In this document: piece by piece, positions 8,638-18,414 of the stretch
Layout of the letters: each line of letters begins with the position of its first letter
Numbering within the stretch: position 1 is the first letter of the stretch
NCBI GenBank assembly: GCA_963677595.1
Contig: OY782041.1
Coordinates: forward strand, 3,136,001 to 3,200,000
Direction of reading: 5' to 3'
From: Spirochaetia bacterium
GTDB lineage: Bacteria; Spirochaetota; Spirochaetia; CAKZLE01
DNA: 64,000 bases
Notes under the pieces: model-generated
The model's database searches: none
Seen by the model: only the letters and a program-made list of their open reading frames with translations
Told to the model about the DNA's origin: nothing
Translations under genes and position numbers: made by a program

Positions 8638-8895
8638 GTGGGACCGTATCGTGTGCCAAAGTCCACTGGTGCTATGCTGCATGATACGTTGGGTGATACT
8701 TTGGGTGATACTTTGGAGTCCCGGATACTGGCACTGATCAGGAAGGATCCAGCTGTCCTCCAGCAGGAGCTCTCAGAAGAGCTTGCTGTCTCCATCCCGA
8801 CTGTCAAGCGTACCATGAAGCGGATGACCGAAAAGCATATCATCGAACGGAAAGGGGGCAGGAGGTACGGCCGCTGGGAGATACCCAGTCCCTAG
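8638..8895 (+). CDS. Small wHTH protein, probably the C-terminal remnant of a larger Fic or ATP-binding regulator gene
   Basis: ILALIRKDP...ELSEELAVSIPTVKR...IERKGGRRYGRWEI, preceded by a DTLG repeat (12-nt tandem repeat at 8682-8716). Start uncertain. Confidence 0.6.
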   Translation: MGPYRVPKSTGAMLHDTLGDTLGDTLESRILALIRKDPAVLQQELSEELAVSIPTVKRTMKRMTEKHIIERKGGRRYGRWEIPSP

Positions 8896-9207
8896 CACAG
8901 CTCTTCCATCTTGAAGGCTCCAGCTTTTCATCTGTTCTCTATGACTGCAGGAACTCTTGAGGAGGTAAGCAGGAGGCTATCGTCCCCATCCCCAGACAGG
9001 ACAGGGAATGTCCCTGATGTGGTTCTCACAGCATCCTTACGTGCACATGAGTTCCTCTAAAAAGACGGCAGATCTAACATCTGATGTTACTTCTGCCGAT
9101 AGTCACCTGGAAGTCAATACTATGGGATCTCTTATCCCGTCAAAACTGATTGGTGATCAGGATCCAATAAAAAATCGACAGCTGGATGCTGTGTTATACT
9201 TTCATAC

Positions 9208-11571
9208 ATGATAGATACCAATACGAGAGTAGAATACATACGAAAGAAACTCGAGGAGTTGGAGCAGGAGAGCATACTCCTGAAAGAGGAACTTGCAGGG
9301 CTCCTGCCCAGCAGCCCTGCAGGCGTGATCACCAAGCGCAGCTCTTCCAAGGAGAAGATCGATCTGTTCCTTGCCCTGTTTCGCTGCCGGGAAGACAGAT
9401 ACCCCTATTATTACGAAAGGAAGAGTGATGGAAGAGCCGGTTACAATCCAGCATGCAAGAACGAGTGGCTTGAAGGAATCTGCGGAAAGATCATGAAGCC
9501 GCGTGTATCCTGCTCATCCTGCAGGAACTTCATACCAGTCCCATTCACAGCTGATACAGCGAGAAGCCACCTGACAGGGCCTGGTGCAATAGGGTCCTAT
9601 TCAATTGACCAGCAGGATCGATGCATCTTCCTGGCTGCTGACTTTGACAAACAGGACTGGCAGGCGGATGCGTTCGCCTATCGTTCTACAGCGAAGGGGA
9701 TGGGTATCGAGGCTGCAGTCGAGATATCCAAATCAGGTGATGGAGCCCATGTCTGGATATTCTTCTCTGAACTCGTGCCTGCACGTTCTGCGAGACGGCT
9801 GGGAGAGCTGATCCTTACACGGACTCTTGATTCCTCTGATACCCTGCAGTTTGACAGCTATGATCGATTCTTCCCTAACCAGGATTACTGCCCGAAAGCC
9901 GGCTTCGGCAACCTCATCTTCCTCCCGCTGCAGAAAGATTTTCGAGACAAGGGATGTACCGTATTCATCGATGAAGCCGGTATCGCCTATCCCGATCAAT
10001 GGGCGTACCTCTCATCACTCCACAGGATGTCATTGACTGAACTTGAGGAACACCTTGCAGAGGAGATCCTATCGGCAGATGATGAGATTGGCTCAAGTGA
10101 ATCTATCATACAGCAGTATCGACTGCCGATCCCCGCCGGGAATTCAGGGACGGTCGATCTGGTCTTAAGGGGACAGATCGCCATCCCAAGGAACCAGCTG
10201 CCGAAGAAACTCCTCAAAGCGCTCATGAGAAGAGCCACGATCGCAAACCCGAAGTTCTTCCAGATGCAGAAGATGCGGTTCTCGACCTGGAATATACCGA
10301 AGTATATCTTCTGCGGGACCAGTGATGAGTACTACCTCTATCTGCCTCGCGGCCTGATGGGACCAGTCCTGGAGTTCCTGTCCGATCAGGGGATGCAGGT
10401 GAGTATCACCGATGAGAGGAATACTGGACCGAAGATAGCCACCCGTTTCACCGGGGATCTGTATGATCACCAGGCACGGATCGTAGAGCAGTTGTTGAAG
10501 TCAGAGAAAGGGGTCCTGGTGGCTCCTACCGGTACAGGAAAGACAATCATGGCAGCAGCACTCATCGCGTTGAGGTCCTGCAGTACCTTGATCCTGGTCC
10601 ATAGGGGTACCCTGATCCAGCAATGGATAGAGACGCTCACAACGTATTTGGAAGGAATAGAGAAGAAGCATATCGGGGTGCTTGGTGCTGGACGAAAGAA
10701 ATTGAAAGGGAAGCTGGATATCGCGATGCTGCAGTCCCTGGCCAGGAAAGAGAACCTGGAAGAATTGACCAAGGCTTACGAATTCGTCATTGTCGATGAG
10801 TGTCACCGGGTCCCTACCGTGACCTTCGAGCCGATTCTACAGTCGATCGCTGCGCGGTTCGTCCTCGGCCTGACAGCTACGCCAAAACGAAAAGATCAGT
10901 TCCAATCCATCATCTTCATGCAGTGCGGTGAGATCACCGCACGATTAGAAGATATCAACAGGATGCACCAGGTCAGGACCGTATACTTCCTGGAGTCATC
11001 ATTACCGGCACTTCCCGAGCCCCATACCGTTACTGAGATCTGGGACTATATCTGCAGATCCGAAGACAGGAATCGGATGATCGTCGATACGATCATGCTG
11101 GTCTTGAAGGAGAAGAATCCTCTCGTCATTTCTGACAGGGTTGAACACCTTCAACGATTGCAGGAGTTGATGGATGAGAACAATAGGTTCATGCACACTC
11201 TCCTGCTTACCGGCAGTGTGGGGAAGAAGGAGCGGAAGCGTATACTCGAACAGTTCACCTGCAGCTTGAGAGACAAGACGCCCTGCTGCCTCTTTGCCAC
11301 CGGGTCGCTCATCGGAGAGGGGTTCGATCTCCCTGAACTCGATACGATGGTCCTGACTATGCCGATCTCGTTCTCAGAACGCCTGACCCAGTATGTAGGG
11401 AGGCTCCATCGGCAATCCGGGGAGGAGAAGAAAGTGATCACAGTCTACGATATAGTTGACACCGTATCGGGCATGACTGTCTCCATGTTCAAGAAGAGAC
11501 TCTCCGCCTATAAGAGACTCGGGTATCGGATGGAAACAGCTGTTGACAGCAGATTACTGAAGTTCCTGTGA
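9208..11571 (+). CDS. Archaeo-eukaryotic primase-like (TOTE-type) domain fused to an SF2 DEAD/DEAH helicase
   Basis: N-terminal Cys cluster, LAADFD, SKSGDGAHVW and YDRFFPNQD; C-terminal APTGTGKT, DECH, LTAT, GEGFD and QYVGRLHR. Confidence 0.8.
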   Translation: MIDTNTRVEYIRKKLEELEQESILLKEELAGLLPSSPAGVITKRSSSKEKIDLFLALFRCREDRYPYYYERKSDGRAGYNPACKNEWLEGICGKIMKPRVSCSSCRNFIPVPFTADTARSHLTGPGAIGSYSIDQQDRCIFLAADFDKQDWQADAFAYRSTAKGMGIEAAVEISKSGDGAHVWIFFSELVPARSARRLGELILTRTLDSSDTLQFDSYDRFFPNQDYCPKAGFGNLIFLPLQKDFRDKGCTVFIDEAGIAYPDQWAYLSSLHRMSLTELEEHLAEEILSADDEIGSSESIIQQYRLPIPAGNSGTVDLVLRGQIAIPRNQLPKKLLKALMRRATIANPKFFQMQKMRFSTWNIPKYIFCGTSDEYYLYLPRGLMGPVLEFLSDQGMQVSITDERNTGPKIATRFTGDLYDHQARIVEQLLKSEKGVLVAPTGTGKTIMAAALIALRSCSTLILVHRGTLIQQWIETLTTYLEGIEKKHIGVLGAGRKKLKGKLDIAMLQSLARKENLEELTKAYEFVIVDECHRVPTVTFEPILQSIAARFVLGLTATPKRKDQFQSIIFMQCGEITARLEDINRMHQVRTVYFLESSLPALPEPHTVTEIWDYICRSEDRNRMIVDTIMLVLKEKNPLVISDRVEHLQRLQELMDENNRFMHTLLLTGSVGKKERKRILEQFTCSLRDKTPCCLFATGSLIGEGFDLPELDTMVLTMPISFSERLTQYVGRLHRQSGEEKKVITVYDIVDTVSGMTVSMFKKRLSAYKRLGYRMETAVDSRLLKFL

Positions 11572-11668
11572 GCCAGACTCAAAGAGAGGGCTTTAAGATC
11601 GTACCGCATGAAAGGCTGCGTAACTCTTCAACCTGTGGTAGTCAGGGGGCAAAGATGATTCCCTGTCA

Positions 11669-13075
11669 TCACCCATCGGCGACCCTGTAGAGATCCTCAA
11701 GGCTTATAAGCACCACCCCATCCTGCTGTGCCAGTTCCTGGACAGCCTCCGTGAACCCTGATTTGCTGAAGAGATAATACCAGCGATTGACCGGTTTCCT
11801 GATGATCGCAGCGGCATCGAGGAACGCCTGGTACTCATCGGTGGCAAACACCCTGGTATGGAACTTGCATTCACAGAAGATCGCAGACTCCCGGCTTAAG
11901 TCAAAGGCAAGGATATCGATAGCATCTTGTTTCCTGGTCCTGGGGTTGCCTCCCCACCATCGTCCCATGGAGTGGGGAACGAACGGCAGCTTCCCCAGCC
12001 TTGCCTGTCGGATCAGGTATTCGGTACAGACTTTCTCGAACACGTGTCCCATATATTCCGGAAGGTGCCCGACTATCTCACGTGCGGCGTCCTGCTCACC
12101 CAATAGGTCAAAGTAGCTCTTATTGGCGAATATGAAGTGGAACCAGAATAGGAAGAAATTATCTGCGATCTGGTATATGGTCTTCCTGCTGGAGTCCTTC
12201 TCTCCTGAAGGCGTCACTTTATCTATGAGTTTCATCTCCTTCAGGACCCGAATGTATTTGGCACATTTCGTCTGCGGCTCGTGGACCTTCATGGCTATAT
12301 CATTGAGCCTGCTTGAGCCTGTGGCTATAGCCTCGAAGATACTGTTATAGACTGAAGGTTCTCTCAATTCCATCTTCAGCAGGTTCTGCGTCTCATACTG
12401 CAGGAAGGAACCTATGCGAAGGATGGATCCCGCTATGTTCTGCTCGATGGATACCTTGTCACTGAAAGCTGCAAGGTAGCAGGGGATCCCGCCAAGGATC
12501 CCGTAACTGAGCAGCTTATCCTCATAGGTGTAATCGGGAAAGAAGGACGAACTCTCCAGGTAGTCAAACCCTGTCAGCTCCAGATTGCTCGTGGAACGTC
12601 CATACAGGGGGCTCCTTGCTCCCATGACTTCAGAAGCCATGAAGCTAACGCTCGAGCCGCATAGTATCAGGAAGATATTCTTGTGTTTCCAGTCATGGTC
12701 TATGGTGTGCTGCAGGATGGATTTGATCGACTCATTGGACTCCGCGATGAACGGGAACTCATCTATGATCAACGTGATCCGCTGCTCCGATGGCTGGCTG
12801 CTGATGAACTTCAGGGCAGTTTGCCAATCTGAGAAGGTGCTGAAGGATGAGCCGGAGAAATACTGCTGAACAGCCTTGGAGAAGTCGGAGAGATTCAGGC
12901 TGTCGTTCTTTGCCTGGGCAGCATAGAAGATCACCGGATGATTCCTGGAGAACTCCAACAGGAGCGACGTCTTCCCGACCCGTCTCCTCCCATAAAGAAC
13001 AAGGTATTCGAACGTATCCGAGGCATACAGGGACTCAAGCAGCGCCAATTCCTTCTCTCTTCCAATGAACATCAC
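11669..13075 (-). CDS. Archaeal-type ATPase (ATPase_2) + wHTH + DUF234 nuclease-like domain
   Basis: FIGREKEL, YGRRRVGKT, IIDEFP, LCGSS, PLYGR, YQIADNFF.FW, IDILA...FCECKF. Confidence 0.9.
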   Translation of the reverse strand: MMFIGREKELALLESLYASDTFEYLVLYGRRRVGKTSLLLEFSRNHPVIFYAAQAKNDSLNLSDFSKAVQQYFSGSSFSTFSDWQTALKFISSQPSEQRITLIIDEFPFIAESNESIKSILQHTIDHDWKHKNIFLILCGSSVSFMASEVMGARSPLYGRSTSNLELTGFDYLESSSFFPDYTYEDKLLSYGILGGIPCYLAAFSDKVSIEQNIAGSILRIGSFLQYETQNLLKMELREPSVYNSIFEAIATGSSRLNDIAMKVHEPQTKCAKYIRVLKEMKLIDKVTPSGEKDSSRKTIYQIADNFFLFWFHFIFANKSYFDLLGEQDAAREIVGHLPEYMGHVFEKVCTEYLIRQARLGKLPFVPHSMGRWWGGNPRTRKQDAIDILAFDLSRESAIFCECKFHTRVFATDEYQAFLDAAAIIRKPVNRWYYLFSKSGFTEAVQELAQQDGVVLISLEDLYRVADG

Positions 13076-13094
13076 GTTTCCTCTTGTGTATTAT

Positions 13095-13135
13095 ATACTC
13101 ATAAGTATTATACTCGTGAATCATATATATGTCAA
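13095..13135 (-). promoter_or_regulatory. Consensus promoter TTGACA-N17-TATAAT with two overlapping TATACTC-type sites
   Basis: -35 at 13130-13135, -10 at 13107-13112. Near-palindrome ATACTCATAAGTAT and a second copy ATACTCGTGAATCAT. Confidence 0.75.
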
Positions 13136-13182
13136 ATTTGGATCATCTCTTTTCCATACATGAACATAAGCTGCAGAGCGCT

Positions 13183-16083
13183 CTATTCCCCCTCTGGATC
13201 TTCGGGGATCCTGTCATCCGCATAGATGGACCAGAGGTCGGTATTCGATTCCCCCGGACCGGTATTCCCTGAGATCGTATTCGCATCCTTGATCTTCGGG
13301 GAGGGCTGAGGATCGTCGGTGTCCCTGGTCGAGGGAATGTAGGCGCCACCATTTTGGTTGCTCGTGATCGTATTCCCGGAGATACTGCCCCCCCTGAAAT
13401 AGGTGACACTCATCCCTGTCCCCGCATTCCCTGAGATGGTGTTGTTGGTGATCGTCCCCCCCGTCTCGAAGATCCCTGCACCTCCGGAATTACTCATGAC
13501 CTTGTTGTCATTGAGGACTCCGGTCTCTTCTAGGGTGTAGACCCAGAGAGAGGTTATCGCTGTGTTATCCTGTATCTCATTCCCTGATACCTCGCCTGCG
13601 AGGGTGGACACGGTAAACGCAGTATCACTCATGCCGGTCACCGTATGGTCCGTGACAGACGAGCCGTCAGCCAGTGTCCCGATATAGAGCCCCTTGGAAT
13701 AGTTCGTCCCTCCCGTGATGGTATTAGCGGTGCATGAGGAATTCCCAGACAGGCTGTAGATCGCCAGTGCGGTGTTCTTCGTGTTCTTGAAGACATTGTC
13801 GGATATCTTCGAGTTCTCGGAACTATAGATTTTCATGCCTTCACTGTTCTCGAAGGAATTTCCCGAGACAGTCGAATCCCGTACCAGTGAGACCTCCATG
13901 CCGATCCCGTCGGTGTCCTTGACGGTATTGCTGCTGATGATGCCGGTATACTTACCTATCAGGAGGAAATGAGACAACCCAGTCGTGCAGGTGTTACCGC
14001 TGATCTCCCCTGAATAGAAGATCTCCTCCCCGCCCTCTGGAGTGAGGCCGGTCATCCAGATCGCTGTCTGGTAATCTGGGGCATCGAAGGTGTTCCCTAT
14101 GATATCAACATCATAGGTGTCTCCTTCCCGCCAGGTAGACAGGTTTATATCACTTGCATTCTTGATGATGCCGTATTTGCCCCCGCGGAGGGTGAAACCC
14201 TCGATTGCTGAGTCCGGGTACATCTCTATGGTGGCCTCAATGATAGAGGAGTCCTTCGAGCCCCAGAGGGTGATCCCCTCCCAGACCTTGAGGACATGGC
14301 CGGATAAATACCAGCCTGTATAGGTGCCGCCCGGGACGTGGATGATTGCCTCCTTTCCCTTATAACTGTCAATGACTTCCTGGAGGCTCGAACCTGCCGT
14401 GATCTCGATCTCACTTTCGGCCGTGTAGCCCCGAATATCCTCTGCCTCCAGCGATACCGTGTAGGTTCCCGCTTCGCTGTAGGAGTGTTCCACCTCGGGG
14501 ATGAAGTCCTCATCCCCGACGATCTGGGTCTTCGTCGACCCGTCACCGAAATCCCAGCTGAGCTTCAGCCGCTCTCGCAGGAAGGAGCTGTTTGGCTGTG
14601 CGGTGAATGTGAGGTCGAACGGAAGGAACCCCACAGAACCAGTAGAATGGATCCCGACCTCGAAGGAATCAGGATCGGGTGTGATGACAAAACCCTCATG
14701 GTCAGCGTACTCGTCATCTTCATCCGGTAGGTCGAAGAAGGCAGGGAGGTCCTCATCATCGGGGCGATCGACCACGGCAGGCTCCGTGGGGTTCGGCCCG
14801 TGGGTCTCTCGCCAGTCCAGGGCGAACTGTGCATACGCAGCCTCTATCTCATCATAGGCTGACCCCGTGATATCCTCCAGCCCTTCATAGATCTCTTCCC
14901 AGTAGTCCTCTCCGTTCAGATCCCAGTCGAAATCGGGGAGTTCCCAATCCTCCCAGTCACCTGCCGGGACGAGGTAGTCCCCGTTCGGCAGGATCCCGCC
15001 GTATATATTGGTCTCAAGGTCTACCGGTGTCGTGGTATCGAGCTGGGGAGTCGTGCTCGAGGTGATCCCATCATCATCCACATTGAAGTAGGTAGTGTAC
15101 CCGTCACTCGTAGTCCCTATGATCGCCAGCGCCTTCTCCGTTCTGTTCGATCCGGTGAACCCCCCGGCACCCCCGAACAGGAGCCCGATATATCCATTGT
15201 ATTCCGTGACGGTCTTCACGGTAGTGGAGATGTTCTCCTCAGGTACGGCGATGTTCACCATGTTCCCTGCGAACGTTACGGCAGCACTGGTGTTCTCGAA
15301 GACCGTATAGGCATACTTGGCTTTCGCCAGGCAGCCTGTCCCGAATGAGCCGAGGGTAGCGGCCCCTGCAGTCCCGAAGGCCCCGAACGGGGTGGCGAGG
15401 GCCAATGTCGAGTTCACCGCACCCGCGGTATCGCGGACGGTCTCGTAGAACTCAACATTCTTCGTGGCGAAATCGACTTCAAGGTTATCTACTGCATCTC
15501 CCATCGCATTGCTCACCTGCTGCATGAGGAAGCGTATCTTCGTCATCTCGACCCCGGTATGCTTCGAGATATCTTCCGGGGAGAAGGATGCTTCATAATC
15601 GGGATCCAGCATCATCTCCACAAGCCGCCGGGCATACGCAGTGTCGGACAGGCCTTCAACACGCGACTTCGAGAAGGTCTTATCATCCAACAGGGCCTTT
15701 GCATCCTCGATCGCCGGTCCGAGCGTCTCCTTACTCCAGCTCTCCATCTCCCGGCAGAAGGAGATGAAATCATCGACTTCGGTCAGAGCTGAGTCTGAAA
15801 GGCTCTGCAGGGTCCGCAGGTCCGTCTTCGACGGGTCTGCGAAGAGGGCCCCGTTCACCAGGGAGTTCACCCGGTTGAACCTGACGGCATACTCATAGAA
15901 GAAGTCATGTACCGGCTCATCGAACTCCTCGATGAAATCAGAGATCTCCTCCGGACTTTCCAGGATAGGGACATCTTCAGTCACCCCGCTGTCATCATCA
16001 TGAGCATCTGCACCGCCAAGTGAGCAGGAGAGCAGTACCAGGATCAGTAAGCCTGCGATCAATGGGGCTACGTTCTTATTCAT
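13183..16083 (-). CDS. Large lipoprotein with a PKD domain and a right-handed beta-helix
   Basis: Signal peptide with LLSC lipobox; PKD motif WDFGDGS...HSYSEAGTYTVSL; VPGGTY followed by many ISGN/ITNNT parallel beta-helix repeats. Confidence 0.8.
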   Translation of the reverse strand: MNKNVAPLIAGLLILVLLSCSLGGADAHDDDSGVTEDVPILESPEEISDFIEEFDEPVHDFFYEYAVRFNRVNSLVNGALFADPSKTDLRTLQSLSDSALTEVDDFISFCREMESWSKETLGPAIEDAKALLDDKTFSKSRVEGLSDTAYARRLVEMMLDPDYEASFSPEDISKHTGVEMTKIRFLMQQVSNAMGDAVDNLEVDFATKNVEFYETVRDTAGAVNSTLALATPFGAFGTAGAATLGSFGTGCLAKAKYAYTVFENTSAAVTFAGNMVNIAVPEENISTTVKTVTEYNGYIGLLFGGAGGFTGSNRTEKALAIIGTTSDGYTTYFNVDDDGITSSTTPQLDTTTPVDLETNIYGGILPNGDYLVPAGDWEDWELPDFDWDLNGEDYWEEIYEGLEDITGSAYDEIEAAYAQFALDWRETHGPNPTEPAVVDRPDDEDLPAFFDLPDEDDEYADHEGFVITPDPDSFEVGIHSTGSVGFLPFDLTFTAQPNSSFLRERLKLSWDFGDGSTKTQIVGDEDFIPEVEHSYSEAGTYTVSLEAEDIRGYTAESEIEITAGSSLQEVIDSYKGKEAIIHVPGGTYTGWYLSGHVLKVWEGITLWGSKDSSIIEATIEMYPDSAIEGFTLRGGKYGIIKNASDINLSTWREGDTYDVDIIGNTFDAPDYQTAIWMTGLTPEGGEEIFYSGEISGNTCTTGLSHFLLIGKYTGIISSNTVKDTDGIGMEVSLVRDSTVSGNSFENSEGMKIYSSENSKISDNVFKNTKNTALAIYSLSGNSSCTANTITGGTNYSKGLYIGTLADGSSVTDHTVTGMSDTAFTVSTLAGEVSGNEIQDNTAITSLWVYTLEETGVLNDNKVMSNSGGAGIFETGGTITNNTISGNAGTGMSVTYFRGGSISGNTITSNQNGGAYIPSTRDTDDPQPSPKIKDANTISGNTGPGESNTDLWSIYADDRIPEDPEGE

Positions 16084-16150
16084 GCCATACCTCTTCTCTT
16101 TGACGATCTCTCAGGGGGGCGAGTACATGCTTTTCATCAGTATTGCATAT

Positions 16151-17326
16151 CTATCGGATACGCTGCACATGTGTTGCTTCAAGCTTATCTATCATGCCCT
16201 GCAGGCTGATCACCTCGATGCGCTCGTGCACGGGATACTGTTCTTTACCCGGGTAGAGTATATAGAGCCTGTCCAGGCTGAGGTCTTCGAGGGCACTGTA
16301 CATGGACCTGGTGGGCTTCGGCGACTCAGAGAGTTTACACTCGATCCCGATTCTCTTCCCCTCATAGATGAAGAAGAGATCCAGTTCTGCACCGCTGTGG
16401 GTAGACCAGAAATAGGGTATGATCCCCGGGTTTGTGCGCAGGATCTGTTCGATCACGAACCCCTCCCAGGAGGCGCCGGCAGCCGGGTGGCTGAGCAGCT
16501 CGTCAAGATTCCTTAGCTGCAGCAGGTGGTTGAGTATCCCGGTATCAGTGAAGTAGATCTTCGGGGATCTCACCTGACGTTTCTTGAGATTCTCATACCA
16601 GGGCGGCAGGATACGGAGCATATAGGTACTGCTGAGCATATCGATATAGGACCTGATGGTGTTATGACTCAACCCCATGGCTTTCCCCAACTGGGAACTG
16701 TTGAGTACCTGTCCGTGCACGTGGGCAAGCATCGTCCAGAACCTGCGCATCGTTTCAGCTGGGACCTTGATGCCAAGCTGCGGGATATCGCGCTCTAGGA
16801 AGGTCCTGATGAACCCTCCTCTCCAGGCGAAGCTGGCAGCAGGATCAGGGGCAAGGTACGATAACGGGAATCCTCCTCGGACCCAGAGGTCCCGCCAGGG
16901 GAGCTCGGAAGTCCCGGCAGGTATCTCCGTGATGTTAAACCCCTGAAGGTCGATGAACTCGACCCTGCCTGCCAGCGACTGGGAAGCATGGCTGATGAGG
17001 TCCGGTGAAGCGCTGCCCAGGATGAGGAAACGCCCGTTTGCTGCCCAACGGTCTGCAAGGACCCTGAGTACCCCAAAGAGTTCAGGCATCATCTGGATCT
17101 CATCTATGATGATCAGTCCGGGAACCTGGGAAAGAAAAAGTTCGGGGTTCTGCAGTTTTGCCCTGTCTGAAGGGAGTTCCAGGTCCAGCAAAGAGGATTG
17201 CAGGTTTTCCTGGACCTCCATGGCTAATGTGGTCTTGCCGCATTGCCGGGGGCCAAGGATCGCAGTGATCTTCGAACGGCTGAGCGCTGTCCGTACGGAT
17301 CTCAGGTATGCCTCTCGTTTGATCAT
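16151..17326 (-). CDS. AAA_14 + DUF4143 ATPase
   Basis: GPRQCGKTT, IIDEIQ, LGSAS, SLAGR, RGGFP, SPKIYFTDTG, GASWEG, ELDL...IECK. Confidence 0.9.
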   Translation of the reverse strand: MIKREAYLRSVRTALSRSKITAILGPRQCGKTTLAMEVQENLQSSLLDLELPSDRAKLQNPELFLSQVPGLIIIDEIQMMPELFGVLRVLADRWAANGRFLILGSASPDLISHASQSLAGRVEFIDLQGFNITEIPAGTSELPWRDLWVRGGFPLSYLAPDPAASFAWRGGFIRTFLERDIPQLGIKVPAETMRRFWTMLAHVHGQVLNSSQLGKAMGLSHNTIRSYIDMLSSTYMLRILPPWYENLKKRQVRSPKIYFTDTGILNHLLQLRNLDELLSHPAAGASWEGFVIEQILRTNPGIIPYFWSTHSGAELDLFFIYEGKRIGIECKLSESPKPTRSMYSALEDLSLDRLYILYPGKEQYPVHERIEVISLQGMIDKLEATHVQRIR

Positions 17327-17334
17327 ACAACTAT

Positions 17335-17381
17335 ATTAACATTGAAAATTGTAAATATCAATTACAATTTTCAATGTTAAT
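17335..17381. repeat. Perfect 20-bp inverted repeat covering a TTGATA-N17-TAATAT promoter (minus strand)
   Basis: ATTAACATTGAAAATTGTAA-atatcaa-TTACAATTTTCAATGTTAAT. Confidence 0.85.
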
Positions 17382-18121
17382 TAGCTATTCCCCATATCTC
17401 ATGTGCCGTGCATACCCGGTTGCGCCTGCGTCTCTTGGCCTCATAGGTGGCTTTGTCCGCCAGGTCTATGACCGTCTCGCAGTCCAGTGTACCCTCAGTA
17501 CAGCAGGCTGCACCGATGCTGACTGTGATACGGAAGCCATCAAGGTTTCGGTCTCTATCGCAGCCCGCAGGGATTCTGCCATGACATAGAGCTCGCTCTC
17601 GCTGTAGCGGTAGGCCAGGACCGTGAACTCCTCACCGCCGTAGCGGTAGCTCTGCAGCCTCAGGGCCTCAGAGGACCCCAGCAGCATCGCCCCGAACCGG
17701 TCAGGCGCCTGTCGGCAGCAGGGTGCCCGTAGGTGTCGTTGAACTGCTTGAAATGGTCGATATCTTTTCATGAGGATACATGAGGGTTTCACTGCCCCTG
17801 GCTGTCTCAAGCCTTCCAGCGTCTCGAAGAGCTTCGGGCGGTTGTACAGCCCTGTCAGGACATCGGTCTCCTTCTCGATGATGAGCAGTCGGTGTGCCTC
17901 ATAGCTCTCGAGACGTATCCCCCCCCATGATATTCCCCAGGTAGCCGCCCAAGATGAGGAAACAGAGGCTGTTGATCGTGTAGTCAAGAGCATACCGGGG
18001 CTTGAAGTGGAAGGACCGAGAGGATCTTCCCGTTATACTCCTCTATAGCCCCGCGGCTGGCGGAGGCGAGGGCAGGGTAACTCCTTTCGGTACTCAAGAA
18101 CCACTTGGGCCATCCCCTCAT
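17377..18121 (-). pseudogene. GGDEF diguanylate cyclase pseudogene with several frameshifts
   Basis: TDVLTGLYNR and YRYGGEEF lie in one frame. DIDHFKQFNDTYGH and ITVSIG...ADKATYEAK...NRV lie in a different frame. Confidence 0.8.
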
Positions 18122-18414
18122 CAATGTCTCCTCATACAGTGTATAAGAACTATAGCAGAAGATGGGGTGCCGAACAATAGCGCCGGATACCAAGGCCGGG
18201 CACCTTCAGCTCCTCTTGCGGAAGAAGACCGTCTTCAGATCCGGGTAGAAAGCCGATGGATCTCTACCTGCGCCGATCGTACATCCTGCATGATTTCACA
18301 TCCGGTACTGCGGAATCGGCACTCCTGTGGTATAGTAGTAGTGACTGCACAGCCTGGTCCTCCTTTGACAGTCCCCTGCCGGCAGTACATCGATCTAAGG
18401 AAAACGAACATACC

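Noticed and set aside
9208-11571. Prophage or plasmid replication module
   Set aside because: No integrase, structural, partition or conjugation genes are nearby.
18256-18414. N-terminal extensions given by the ORF track (also 4053, 5532, 19964, 31133, 41394, 53611, 56035)
   Set aside because: Better starts with an RBS or promoter and family-typical N-termini lie downstream.
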